Origin: a virus
Length of the DNA: 44,960 nt
IMG/VR virus record: IMGVR_UViG_3300031728_000001
Reading direction: 5' to 3' (one strand)
Part shown: positions 9,372 through 18,302 of the stretch, piece by piece
Position numbering within the stretch: position 1 is the stretch's first letter
How the letters are laid out: each line of letters opens with the position of its first letter
The notes under the pieces: model-generated
Database searches by the model: none
What the model was told of the DNA's origin: nothing
What the model saw: the letters and a program-made list of their open reading frames with translations, nothing else
Position numbers and translations under genes: made by a program

Positions 9372-10142
9372 ATGGGAGATAAGAGTGCGATTCATTGGAC
9401 TGATGCAACATTAAATCCAGTGACGGGTTGTTCAAAGGTTAGTCCAGAATGTGATAATTGTTATGCTGAAAAAATGGCTATGCGATTGAAAGCAATGGGT
9501 CAAAAGAATTATAAGGATGGATTTGATGTTCGTTGTCATCCAGATATGCTTAAAAAATTAGGTGAATGGACTAGACCTAGATGGGTTTTTATATGTTCGA
9601 TGGGAGACCCTTTTCATTCTGAAGTGCCATTTAGTTTTATTGATGATATGCATGATGCAATGAATAAATATAATCATCATAAGTATATTGTTTTGACAAA
9701 AAGAGCTCAGAGAATGAATAGATATTTTCAAGAAAGGAATGGATTTCTTGACCATGTTTGGTACGGTGTATCTGTTGGATTGAGACAAACAGTTAATAGA
9801 ATTAATATTTTGAGAGGTACGAATGTTGAACATAAATTTGTATCTTTTGAGCCATTAATTGGTGATATTTTTAGTCCTTATGTTACTCCAGTAGAGGATG
9901 ATTTTTTTAATCTTCGTGGGATTGAATGGGTGATTATTGGTGGAGAATCTGGTCAAAAAGCAAGGGAAATGAACGAAAATAATGCTGAGAAGATTATGTC
10001 ATATGCTAAACTTCTTGGTTGTAAGGTGTTTTTCAAGCAGATGGGGACTGTTTGGGCAAAGAAAAATGGTTCTAAAAGTAGAAAAGGTGATATTGTTGAT
10101 GAATGGCCAATGTGGGCCAGGATAAGAGAGATGCCATGTTGA
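9372..10142 (+). CDS. phage Gp37/Gp68 family protein (DUF5131)
   Basis: N-terminus SAIHWTDATLNPVTGCSKVSPECDNCYAEKMA is the hallmark of this family. Confidence 0.75.
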   Translation: MGDKSAIHWTDATLNPVTGCSKVSPECDNCYAEKMAMRLKAMGQKNYKDGFDVRCHPDMLKKLGEWTRPRWVFICSMGDPFHSEVPFSFIDDMHDAMNKYNHHKYIVLTKRAQRMNRYFQERNGFLDHVWYGVSVGLRQTVNRINILRGTNVEHKFVSFEPLIGDIFSPYVTPVEDDFFNLRGIEWVIIGGESGQKAREMNENNAEKIMSYAKLLGCKVFFKQMGTVWAKKNGSKSRKGDIVDEWPMWARIREMPC

Positions 10143-10290
10143 ATAGGTTATGCGTGGGAACATATTGAGAAGGGTGTTGATGAGTATAAAAATGTTGAAT
10201 TGGATGAAAAATATTTGAAGAAAAAAGAACCATCTATTTTGTTTGACCCATATTATTTAGGGGGAAGGAAAGGGAATTTATGGTGATATT

Positions 10291-10851
10291 ATGGGTGAAT
10301 ATGATCAAATATTGATAGGTATGCCTCGAGATAAGGCAATTTTGTGTTTGAGAAAATTGGGTGATAATATTGAGTTTGTAGAACAAGAGGCTTTAGATAA
10401 TGAAAATGGAGAATTGATTAAATTCCAGGCATATGATTTTGTGATTCATTTATTTGAGAGTAATAATGATACAGAGAAATTTATATGTTTGTTACAAAAA
10501 TGGATTGAAAATGTTGAATGGTCAAAAAAAATAATAGCAAGTAGAAATATAGAACCAGTTAAAGATGGTGATGATTTTAAAAATATACATGTATTAATGA
10601 TTAGATTATGGGTTAGTGATAAATATTATGCTGATTCTTTTAAAGTTGCTGCCAATGTTATTAGGAAAAAGATTTCACAAAAATTAGATGATCCTGTTAA
10701 TGTTGGCAAAAATTTAAGTTCAATGTTCAGAGAAAAGGGATGGGTTTGTAAGTGTGGGCATATGAATTCTATAGATCATAATATATGTGTTAATTGTTTA
10801 TCATTTAATAATAATGGTAGTAGCAAAAAGAAAAATATGAAGTTTAATTGA
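10291..10851 (+). CDS. hypothetical protein with C-terminal zinc-ribbon (CKCGH..CVNC)
   Basis: ORF; Cys pairs near the C-terminus. Confidence 0.5.
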   Translation: MGEYDQILIGMPRDKAILCLRKLGDNIEFVEQEALDNENGELIKFQAYDFVIHLFESNNDTEKFICLLQKWIENVEWSKKIIASRNIEPVKDGDDFKNIHVLMIRLWVSDKYYADSFKVAANVIRKKISQKLDDPVNVGKNLSSMFREKGWVCKCGHMNSIDHNICVNCLSFNNNGSSKKKNMKFN

Positions 10852-10872
10852 ATTTGGATTCATATTGTGTAG

Positions 10873-10888
10873 GCGAACTCGAGTTCGC
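10873..10888. repeat. copy 2 of GCGAACTCGAGTTCGC palindrome
   Basis: Perfect 16-mer, 20 nt upstream of ATG 10909. Confidence 0.9.
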
Positions 10889-10908
10889 AGTTGAAAGGAT
10901 TATAAAAA

Positions 10909-11280
10909 ATGTTTGCATGTACAAGATTTGAGACAAAACAGATTATGGATGGTAAGGCTTGTGGTATTGTTAGGAAATATGGTGATAATTGTCCACATGT
11001 TAGGGGAGGGGAAATTGTTTTGACTTCCAAGTTTATAGATGGGCAAAGAAACATACCGTTTGCTAAAGTAGAAGTGCAGACGGTTAGACCAGGAACTATT
11101 GGTGCGTTCAGAAGAGACCCGATTATTTCTGAAATGGATGGGTATGCTAATGGTGAACATTGGGTTGGTCAGATGAGACAGCTTTATTCTGGTATTTCTG
11201 ATGAAGATAAGGTTTTTCATATAAAGTTTTTTATTAAGGAAATGGACAAGGATTCCGGAAGAAGGGGTGATATTAATTAA
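10909..11280 (+). CDS. hypothetical protein, possible ASCH/PUA-like fold
   Basis: Weak pattern similarity only (..IMDGKACGIVRK.. then beta-rich). Confidence 0.45.
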   Translation: MFACTRFETKQIMDGKACGIVRKYGDNCPHVRGGEIVLTSKFIDGQRNIPFAKVEVQTVRPGTIGAFRRDPIISEMDGYANGEHWVGQMRQLYSGISDEDKVFHIKFFIKEMDKDSGRRGDIN

Positions 11281-11346
11281 ATTTTTGGTTTACTAACTAT
11301 TTTTTGTGTAGTATTGTGTAAATGTTGATTGTTGTCAGGAGGCTGA

Positions 11347-12384
11347 ATGTTAGGGAATGTTATATGTAAAAAAATTATTGATGAAGCTAAAGAAAATTCT
11401 ACAATTGTTCGTTCTACAATTGTTCAAGATTTACTATTAGAAAAATGGAGTAAGAACAACTCTGATAGTAGATTAGCGACATTAGTTCCACAAGATGAAA
11501 CATGGAAAGAATTTTGGCTCTATGCTTCTGGTACAAAATATTGGTGTCCTAGATTATGTGCTATTAAGTCTTTTGTTAAAATAAATGATATTGTAAATGC
11601 TGAAGGACTTTGGAATATGGAATACGGTAAAGCCGTTCATTCTGTATTTCAAAAGTCAGCTTTACCCAGTTTGGGTGTAAAATTTTTAGGTGCATGGAAA
11701 AAATATTTTCCACTAGAGGTTCCACTTGGTAAAGATTTTGAGCATAAAATTTTTAAACTTGTTAGGTCTAGTTTTTGGAATCAAGTGAATGATGATGAAG
11801 ATCGTCATATTGTTAGGGGTTGGGGTACCAAGCCGGAAGGTAAAGATTGGGAATATGATGAGGTAAAAATCAGGATGCTAAAGTATCGTATAGTATCAAA
11901 ATTGGATGCGATACTTTTGATTAATGATGAAGAAGAAGTTTTTGAACTAAAAACAGAGAAAGTAACGGCACGGGATGATTTGGATCCATGTTTAGGTGGT
12001 GCTGCAAGGATAGATCATGTTAATCAAGTGCAATTAGGAATGTGGGCTACTGATATTCATAGGTCACGTATAGTTTATAAATTTAAAGAAGTACCATATT
12101 TTAAGTCATCATTAATGGAACATCAGATTTTATATGATGAAAGTATTGTTGATAGATTGAAAAGATTAGCGTTGATGTGCGTAGAAGCTGTAAGGATGTG
12201 CGATAAATATAAAATGGAGGTAGAGGTTGGTAAGCCTTTTTTCAAGGATGAGGCGTCCTTGTATGGATGGCTAGAGGATAGATTTGATAGACTTCAAGAT
12301 TGTCAGTTAAAGAGTAAGGGTAGACCTAAATATTGTCCTGGTAGAGATATTTGTTTTCCTAAAGGATATAGACGTAAAAAATAA
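11347..12384 (+). CDS. PD-(D/E)xK nuclease of RecB/Cas4 type with N- and C-terminal cysteine cluster
   Basis: LDAILLINDEEEVFELKTEK fits D...E.K. QxxxY/W motif HVNQVQLGMW. Cys WCPRLC near the N-terminus and C-x11-C-x5-C near the C-terminus (Cas4-like Fe-S arrangement). Confidence 0.45.
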   Translation: MLGNVICKKIIDEAKENSTIVRSTIVQDLLLEKWSKNNSDSRLATLVPQDETWKEFWLYASGTKYWCPRLCAIKSFVKINDIVNAEGLWNMEYGKAVHSVFQKSALPSLGVKFLGAWKKYFPLEVPLGKDFEHKIFKLVRSSFWNQVNDDEDRHIVRGWGTKPEGKDWEYDEVKIRMLKYRIVSKLDAILLINDEEEVFELKTEKVTARDDLDPCLGGAARIDHVNQVQLGMWATDIHRSRIVYKFKEVPYFKSSLMEHQILYDESIVDRLKRLALMCVEAVRMCDKYKMEVEVGKPFFKDEASLYGWLEDRFDRLQDCQLKSKGRPKYCPGRDICFPKGYRRKK

Positions 12385-12404
12385 AATAGTTGGGAGATTG
12401 AGTT

Positions 12405-12953
12405 GTGGCTGTTTTTTGTGGTGTTGACCCTGGTACAAACAAAAGTGGATTTGTGTTATTTGATAATGTAGATGATAAGATTATTTTTTCTAGTGAACTT
12501 AAAAATGAAATTGTTCGTTCCATATTAAGAGTGGAAGGTGATTTTCCTCTGATTCCTGATGTTGAGACGTGGGAAGCTTTTTTTATTGAAGATATTGAGT
12601 CAATGGGTTTGGTGGTTGGCAAGTCAACTTTTCAAACGGTAAAATGGATAGGTAGATTCGTTGAGGCTTACGAATATAGCACTAGGAAAAAATCTATCGA
12701 AATTTTAAGAGGAGATGAAAAAATAACATTGTGTGGAGCGAGAACATTTGTTAATCCTAAAACTGGTAGTAGAAAAGCGGTTACTGATGCGAATATAAAA
12801 AGTGCCGTGATTGATAGATTTTCACCATTAGGTGGAGGTAAGATACCGCAAGTGGGTACAAAAAAAGAACCTGGTCCATTATATGGAGTTAAGGGACATT
12901 GTTGGCAAGCACTTGCGGTTTTGATAACTGGGTTAGAAAATTTAAAGAAATGA
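12405..12953 (+). CDS. ruvC: RuvC-like Holliday junction resolvase
   Basis: GTG start with SD gggag. N-terminus VFCGVDPGTNKSGFVLFD matches the RuvC IxGIDPG motif. Confidence 0.65.
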   Translation: MAVFCGVDPGTNKSGFVLFDNVDDKIIFSSELKNEIVRSILRVEGDFPLIPDVETWEAFFIEDIESMGLVVGKSTFQTVKWIGRFVEAYEYSTRKKSIEILRGDEKITLCGARTFVNPKTGSRKAVTDANIKSAVIDRFSPLGGGKIPQVGTKKEPGPLYGVKGHCWQALAVLITGLENLKK

Positions 12954-12987
12954 TGGTTTTGTACCAGACAACAGAAAGGGCTGTACG

Positions 12988-13878
12988 ATGAGCGATGAAC
13001 AAGGAATTCAAAAAGTGAACGAAGCAGGATTGACCGTTGTTAACAACAATGATGGTTCGGGTTCGGTAGGTGATGTAGAAAATGCCAATATTGTTGATGT
13101 TGAATTTGCTGATATCAGAGAAAAGGTGTTGGAGTTAAAAAATAAAGCTGAAGAAAATTATTGGGAGTTAGGAGTTGTTTTAGCTGATGTTTATACTAAT
13201 AATAGATATCGTTCTTGGGGTTTTGATTCTTGGAAAGAATATGTTGAACAAGAGTTAGATTTTACACTTCGCAAGGCTCAATATCTTGTAAAATTGCAAG
13301 CATGGTTTGAAAATATGACACCTGCTATGCAGGCTTTTTTCAGAGGTATTGGTTGGGCAAAATGTCGGTTATTAATGGGATTTGTAGTTAAGGAGAATGC
13401 TAAATCTTGGAAAAAGCGTGTGGAAGGTAAAACATTTAAACAAATAGAAGAAATGATTTCTCGAGCCAAAAAAGAAGAGAAAGGGATAACATCTGGTGGA
13501 GATGGGTCTGGTGGAGATGGGCAAGAAGGACAGCAATCTACTGGAGAAACTTTGGTTCGTAGGGCATTTAGTCTCTATAGTGGACAAGATGAAGTTGTTA
13601 CAAATGCGATAAATCGTGCCAAGGATCTTGGTGAGACCGATAAAGATGGTCATGCGTTATCACTAGTGTGTATGGATTATTTAGCGTCAAGTACAAATTT
13701 GATAGATACGATTTCTTTATTTAGGCATATGGAAGATATAACGGGATATCGGATTATTGCATTTAAGTCTGTAGATGGAGAAAAGGACCAAATTGTATTT
13801 GGTAACGAATATCTGGTAGATTTAGTTGATGAATCGGAAGGGGATTCTGAATCGGAAGGGGATTCTGGTCAAGAATAA
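12988..13878 (+). CDS. hypothetical acidic protein with Gly/Asp low-complexity linkers
   Basis: ORF with internal tandem repeats (GGDGS GGDGQ; ESEGDS x2). Confidence 0.55.
   Translation: MSDEQGIQKVNEAGLTVVNNNDGSGSVGDVENANIVDVEFADIREKVLELKNKAEENYWELGVVLADVYTNNRYRSWGFDSWKEYVEQELDFTLRKAQYLVKLQAWFENMTPAMQAFFRGIGWAKCRLLMGFVVKENAKSWKKRVEGKTFKQIEEMISRAKKEEKGITSGGDGSGGDGQEGQQSTGETLVRRAFSLYSGQDEVVTNAINRAKDLGETDKDGHALSLVCMDYLASSTNLIDTISLFRHMEDITGYRIIAFKSVDGEKDQIVFGNEYLVDLVDESEGDSESEGDSGQE
13831..13866 (+). repeat. perfect 18-bp tandem duplication (gaatcggaaggggattct x2) inside CDS
   Basis: Direct read. Confidence 0.9.
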
Positions 13879-13886
13879 AAAAAATG

Positions 13887-13914
13887 TTGACAAACCAGTT
13901 TTAAGTAGTAATAT
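13887..13914 (+). promoter_or_regulatory. putative promoter (AAAAATGTTGACAAA box; -10 TAATAT, 16 nt spacer)
   Basis: Conserved box family. Confidence 0.4.
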
Positions 13915-13963
13915 TGATTGTGATAACTTGCAAGATGCAGGTTAAATGATATTAGGATATATA

Positions 13964-14356
13964 ATGCAAACTTTTTTACCATATTCTGATTTTGTTAATA
14001 TTTCTAAAGTGTTAGATTATAAACGTCTTGGAAAGCAGAGAGTAGAAGCACGTCAAATTTTGAATACGATATTAAATGGTGGAGGATGGTCAAATCATCC
14101 TGCTATTAAAATGTGGCGTGGATATGAAAATGCACTTATTTTGTATAGTAATATCATGATTAAGGAGTGGATTTTGAGAGGATATCGAAATACAATGGAG
14201 ATTATTAATACTGGATCTGTTGAATTTCCGTTATGGTTGGGAGATGAAGCTTTACATGCATCTCATAGGAGTAATTTGCTTCGAAAAGACTCAGTTTGGT
14301 ACAGTAAATTTGGATGGTCTGAATCACCGGACCTTCCGTATATTTGGCCTATATAA
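13964..14356 (+). CDS. possible pyrimidine-dimer DNA glycosylase (T4 DenV-like, Pyr_excise family)
   Basis: MQTFLPYSDF..LDYKRLGKQRVEARQIL resembles the family N-terminus (M.lWh..LipyLP...LlgQhrE). SD aggat before ATG 13964. Confidence 0.35.
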   Translation: MQTFLPYSDFVNISKVLDYKRLGKQRVEARQILNTILNGGGWSNHPAIKMWRGYENALILYSNIMIKEWILRGYRNTMEIINTGSVEFPLWLGDEALHASHRSNLLRKDSVWYSKFGWSESPDLPYIWPI

Positions 14357-14367
14357 GGAGTAATAAA

Positions 14368-14880
14368 ATGGAAAATAAATTTTATGAAATATATCGATGG
14401 AAGGAAACATGGAGAGATAGTAGTGAATTTGATTGGCTTGATGACATGAAAGACTGTGATGAGGCTATAGAATCTTTGAGAATGCATATTCAAAATTGTG
14501 ACAGAAAATATGAATTTAAAAGTATTTGCAATGCTGAAGATTTGATTTCGGACATTGAAGATGAGAAAGTTGAAAGAGAGTCTTGTCCGGAATGGCCAAC
14601 AAATGAACAAGTGGAAAAATATTGTGGGGTTTATCCGTGTCTTGAGTATGTTTCACGTGAAACGAAACCTGTTCGAAGAATAGGAGAAGTATGGAAATTG
14701 ACACCTCAATTGCTTAAGACAAGGTGGATGTCAGAATTAGATTTTGTACAATGGTCACTAGTTATGTATAGTTTTTATCCTCAAGAGGTAAGGATTGAGC
14801 CAATACCTGTTACATATGTATCACAAAAAAAAGAAAGAGAGATTAATATAGGATGGGATCCTTATGGCTTGGGTTATTGA
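14368..14880 (+). CDS. hypothetical protein
   Basis: SD aaggag before ATG 14368. Confidence 0.5.
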   Translation: MENKFYEIYRWKETWRDSSEFDWLDDMKDCDEAIESLRMHIQNCDRKYEFKSICNAEDLISDIEDEKVERESCPEWPTNEQVEKYCGVYPCLEYVSRETKPVRRIGEVWKLTPQLLKTRWMSELDFVQWSLVMYSFYPQEVRIEPIPVTYVSQKKEREINIGWDPYGLGY

Positions 14881-14898
14881 TAAGTTTGGTTTTAATTT

Positions 14899-14980
14899 TA
14901 CGCAAAAAGGTCAATAAAGTACGCAATTTTTTCTATTTGAAATCATTGGGTTTTTTAGGGTACGCAATTTTTTCACGCAA
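14899..14980. repeat. four iteron-like copies of TACGCAA (two with AAAAG, two with TTTTTTC) in the largest intergenic region
   Basis: TACGCAA at 14899, 14920 and 14961; CACGCAA at 14974. Arrangement is A-B...B-A. Confidence 0.7.
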
Positions 14981-15082
14981 AAAGTATCCATTCTGTCATA
15001 AAAAACTAATGATTTTGTGCTCATAAATTTGGCATGAAGAATGCAACATATTGTTGGCAGTTGCTGATGAAAGGATGATAAG

Positions 15083-15298
15083 ATGACCATAGCTAAACAA
15101 AAAGAATCTATTCGATTTAATACCGTGATTCGGTTTCGCCGTGGAAAGAGCGGGTCAGGTAGGGACCTTGTCGGTGCTAATGGTCGTGTGTCGTGCTTGG
15201 ATACGGACCCCCATTATGCGTGGGTATATGTCGACGGGTGGGTGCCTGTGGAGCGTGTACCCGTAACGTGGTTTAAGATTATTCGTCAATGGGGATAG
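15083..15298 (+). CDS. small hypothetical protein with GC-rich (noticeably above genome background) foreign-type codon usage
   Basis: SD aaggatga. Uses CGA/CGG/CGC/GCG/CCC codons, which are rare elsewhere in the window. Confidence 0.5.
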   Translation: MTIAKQKESIRFNTVIRFRRGKSGSGRDLVGANGRVSCLDTDPHYAWVYVDGWVPVERVPVTWFKIIRQWG

Positions 15299-15314
15299 TA
15301 GAAGGAGTAAGAAA

Positions 15315-15941
15315 ATGGAAAAGTTATATAAATATCCTAGAACATTTCATTTTCCTTGGTCCGAGACAGTTGCTTCAGATGATAAGGTGTTGACTGATAT
15401 ATCATGTTTTGTTGGGTCTGAAATTGTTGTTACTGAGAAAATGGACGGTGAGAATTGTACCATGTATAGAGATTATATCCATGCAAGAAGTGTTGATGGA
15501 TTGAGTCATCCTAGCAGAGCATGGGTAAAAAATATGTGGTCTGATATTAGATACGATATACCGGTTGGGTGGAGGGTCTGTGGGGAAAATTTATATGCGA
15601 AACATTCTGTAAATTATAAGGATTTGAAGTCATATTTTTATGGTTTTTCAATATGGAATGAGAATGTTTGCTTATCTTGGGATGAAACTATTGAATGGTT
15701 TGAACTTTTAGGGATTGTTCATGTTCCAGTTTTATATAGGGGTAAGTTTGATGTTGATATTTTGAAAAATTTATCAATTAATAAAGATAAACAAGAGGGA
15801 TATGTTGTTAGACATGCTTGTTCATTTCGATACGATGAATTCAAGAATAGGGTAGCTAAATTTGTAAGGGCGAATCATGTAAAAACGGATGAACATTGGA
15901 TGCATAGTAAGGTTGAGAAGAATTTATTGATGGAGGGTTGA
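15315..15941 (+). CDS. ATP-dependent RNA ligase (Rnl-family nucleotidyltransferase)
   Basis: N-terminus KYPRTFHFPWSETV.DDKVL typical of RNA ligase family proteins. Motif I VVTEKMDGEN (KxDGxN). Confidence 0.55.
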   Translation: MEKLYKYPRTFHFPWSETVASDDKVLTDISCFVGSEIVVTEKMDGENCTMYRDYIHARSVDGLSHPSRAWVKNMWSDIRYDIPVGWRVCGENLYAKHSVNYKDLKSYFYGFSIWNENVCLSWDETIEWFELLGIVHVPVLYRGKFDVDILKNLSINKDKQEGYVVRHACSFRYDEFKNRVAKFVRANHVKTDEHWMHSKVEKNLLMEG

Positions 15942-15942
15942 G

Positions 15943-16368
15943 ATGGATATTGAAAAAGTAAAGAAATATTGTGAGATAGATTTTGAAACAGATGAAGAAG
16001 GGAATGAATATCAGAAGAAATTGTTTTTTATCGAAGTTACATTTGGAGGGGATAAAGGTTGTTTTTCTGAAATTATAGATAGTTTTTATCATGGGATGGA
16101 AAGTGGAAATTTTGATTTTAGCAAAATGCTTAGTGTAGTGGAATGTGATTGTTATTGGATAGAGAAAGATGAATATTCGGGAGAAGATGTAGTAGCATTT
16201 GACACGGAAGGATATTCCTCTACTGCATGTTTGGATTGGGTGTTTGAGGACAGAAAAAGTGCTGAAGAAGCAGCTATTAAGATAGGATATGATTTCTTCA
16301 AAAAGGGGTATGAATATTTTAAGAATGAAATGTTTAGATTGGGTGCCCAAAGGAGATTAAATGACTAA
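15943..16368 (+). CDS. hypothetical acidic protein
   Basis: ORF, strongly acidic. Confidence 0.5.
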   Translation: MDIEKVKKYCEIDFETDEEGNEYQKKLFFIEVTFGGDKGCFSEIIDSFYHGMESGNFDFSKMLSVVECDCYWIEKDEYSGEDVVAFDTEGYSSTACLDWVFEDRKSAEEAAIKIGYDFFKKGYEYFKNEMFRLGAQRRLND

Positions 16369-16783
16369 AAAAACGATAACAGTAAAGATGGGTTGTGTTG
16401 ATAAACCAAATAAAAATGGTTTTATTATTCCTAAAAAAATCATGGAACAAGCAATTAAAGATAAATTTGATGATGATAAGATAGTTTTGGGAATGTTGGG
16501 TAATTCTGCTGATGGGAAAATAAGATTGGCAAAAGTTACACATCAAATTAAGCCTATTCCATATATTGACGGAGATACTATAGTTGGAGAGATTTTATTA
16601 GTTGGAGACCCAGATATAAATCTTGATATTGGGATTGTTGAAGCTATGGATGAGATTGTATGTGCTCCATGTGGATATGGTATCGTTAAAGACCGTGGAG
16701 ATGGGGTGATGGAGGTTCAACCAGGTTATGAATTGATTTCTTTCAATATTGTTGCTCCAGATATTGTAACAGAAGAAGCATAA
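16361..16783 (+). CDS. hypothetical protein
   Basis: ORF. Confidence 0.5.
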   Translation: MTKKTITVKMGCVDKPNKNGFIIPKKIMEQAIKDKFDDDKIVLGMLGNSADGKIRLAKVTHQIKPIPYIDGDTIVGEILLVGDPDINLDIGIVEAMDEIVCAPCGYGIVKDRGDGVMEVQPGYELISFNIVAPDIVTEEA

Positions 16784-16796
16784 TAAAGTGATGGAA

Positions 16797-16931
16797 AATG
16801 AAGATGAGGAATCTTGGGAGCAAGAAAGAATTGAAGCTGCTGAAAATATAGAAACTGGACATTGTGTTGATGGTCCATGTGCTTGTCCAAGATGTGTGGA
16901 AGCATATTTGGGAAAGGATAATATGGAATGA
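16797..16931 (+). CDS. small hypothetical protein (44 aa, CxxxxCxCxxC)
   Basis: Not in the ORF track. ATGA overlap with the next gene. Confidence 0.3.
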   Translation, partial: NEDEESWEQERIEAAENIETGHCVDGPCACPRCVEAYLGKDNME

Positions 16932-17113
16932 CAATTTTAATAAATAAAAAAATTGAAGTTAAAGATTTTGCTTCTGTTTATTATGGATATACTGGATGTA
17001 TAATAGAAAATCATGGAGATGAAATAATAGTAGACTTTTGGCCAGAATTGAATATCAAGGATTCATTTAGAAAATTGAGAAGAGACCAAATAAGATTTTT
17101 GGATGAGATTTGA
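16928..17113 (+). CDS. hypothetical protein
   Basis: ORF. Confidence 0.45.
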   Translation: MTILINKKIEVKDFASVYYGYTGCIIENHGDEIIVDFWPELNIKDSFRKLRRDQIRFLDEI

Positions 17114-17130
17114 TGAAAGGATGTGTTTAG

Positions 17131-17514
17131 ATGGGAAACAATATGATTGAATTGGCTAAGCAGCAAACTAGATTATTGGAAATGAATATGAAAGAACGAT
17201 GTAGATTGGTTTTTTCGGTGTATGAAAATAAATCATATGGTGATTTTGATTGTTCTTCAGTTGATGAATTTTGTTCTAAAATACTAAAGATTAGTCGAAG
17301 ACAATTTCAATTTTTGACTAACATAGGAAAAATGGCAGAGAAATGTAAAAAATTGGGTCATGATTGGGTATGGGAATTGCCATGGAGTACTTTTGCTTTA
17401 ATTTGTAAAATAGGAGATGCTAAACGAATATGTTCTTTGAAGGAGCAACTAAAAGATGCGTCTTTTGAGGAGGCAAATAGGATTTTTGAAGAAGTTGGAG
17501 ATAGTTATAAATAA
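17131..17514 (+). CDS. hypothetical protein
   Basis: ORF. Confidence 0.5.
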   Translation: MGNNMIELAKQQTRLLEMNMKERCRLVFSVYENKSYGDFDCSSVDEFCSKILKISRRQFQFLTNIGKMAEKCKKLGHDWVWELPWSTFALICKIGDAKRICSLKEQLKDASFEEANRIFEEVGDSYK

Positions 17515-17519
17515 TTAGG

Positions 17520-17543
17520 TTCTGCGAACTCGAGTTCGCAGAA
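17520..17543. repeat. copy 3 of palindrome (24-bp perfect: ttctGCGAACTCGAGTTCGCagaa)
   Basis: Lies 6 nt after stop 17514. Confidence 0.9.
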
Positions 17544-17566
17544 AATCAGTATAGATATTCAACAAG

Positions 17567-17983
17567 ATGTTGAGAAAAAGGATAGTAAAAATGAGAAGTG
17601 AAAATTTTCAAAGATTGATTGATAAATATGGGGAAGACCGTCTTAATGTTGGGGTTGATGGAGAGGAATTTTTGTATTTTTTTTCTGAAGGTCAAGAGTA
17701 TATTGCCTATGAGAATGGTGATATAGCAGAATTATATCAAGAAGACAGGAAGACAGACAATTTCGCAGAAGCGTGGGGATGGGGTAATGATAAAGGAGAA
17801 GGGTATAGTATTGGGAAAGAGTATCATAGTCCGATGCAGGCAGCACAATCGGAAGGATTGACTTGTATTATACAGATTAGCACAGATGGGTCTGTGTTGG
17901 GTTATGATAGTGATGGAAGGGCTATTGTTGTTTGTGATTCCCATGGACCATTGGCGGTTGATGTAACTGATTATATGGAGTAA
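17567..17983 (+). CDS. hypothetical protein
   Basis: ORF; alternative start 17591. Confidence 0.5.
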   Translation: MLRKRIVKMRSENFQRLIDKYGEDRLNVGVDGEEFLYFFSEGQEYIAYENGDIAELYQEDRKTDNFAEAWGWGNDKGEGYSIGKEYHSPMQAAQSEGLTCIIQISTDGSVLGYDSDGRAIVVCDSHGPLAVDVTDYME

Positions 17984-18050
17984 GATATTAAAAGTTGACA
18001 ATATTGAGGGTTGAGATGGGAAATGCCGATTTATTATGCAGATAATATAA

Positions 18051-18281
18051 ATGAGTAAAGTATCAAAAGTAGATATTATGTTGTTGGATGATGGGCTTGT
18101 TTTTGTATGTGAAGCTCAAGGAAAGTTTGAGACTTGTGATTATACTGATGGATATAAAAACAGATGTCCATACAAGAGGAATCCAGGGTGTATTTGTGTG
18201 AATGATAGAGCAATAGATGTTGCTTTGAAAAGGATGAAGCAAGTAATTTGTGATGAGATTAAAAGAAGGGGAATAAAATGA
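18051..18281 (+). CDS. hypothetical Cys-rich small protein
   Basis: ORF. Confidence 0.45.
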   Translation: MSKVSKVDIMLLDDGLVFVCEAQGKFETCDYTDGYKNRCPYKRNPGCICVNDRAIDVALKRMKQVICDEIKRRGIK

Positions 18282-18302
18282 GTAAGGATTTGATTATAGT
18301 AA

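Noticed and set aside
17995-18000. TTGACA at 17995 as a further member of the promoter box family
   Set aside because: No acceptable -10 at a 15-19 nt spacing (GGGAAA follows). Left uncalled.
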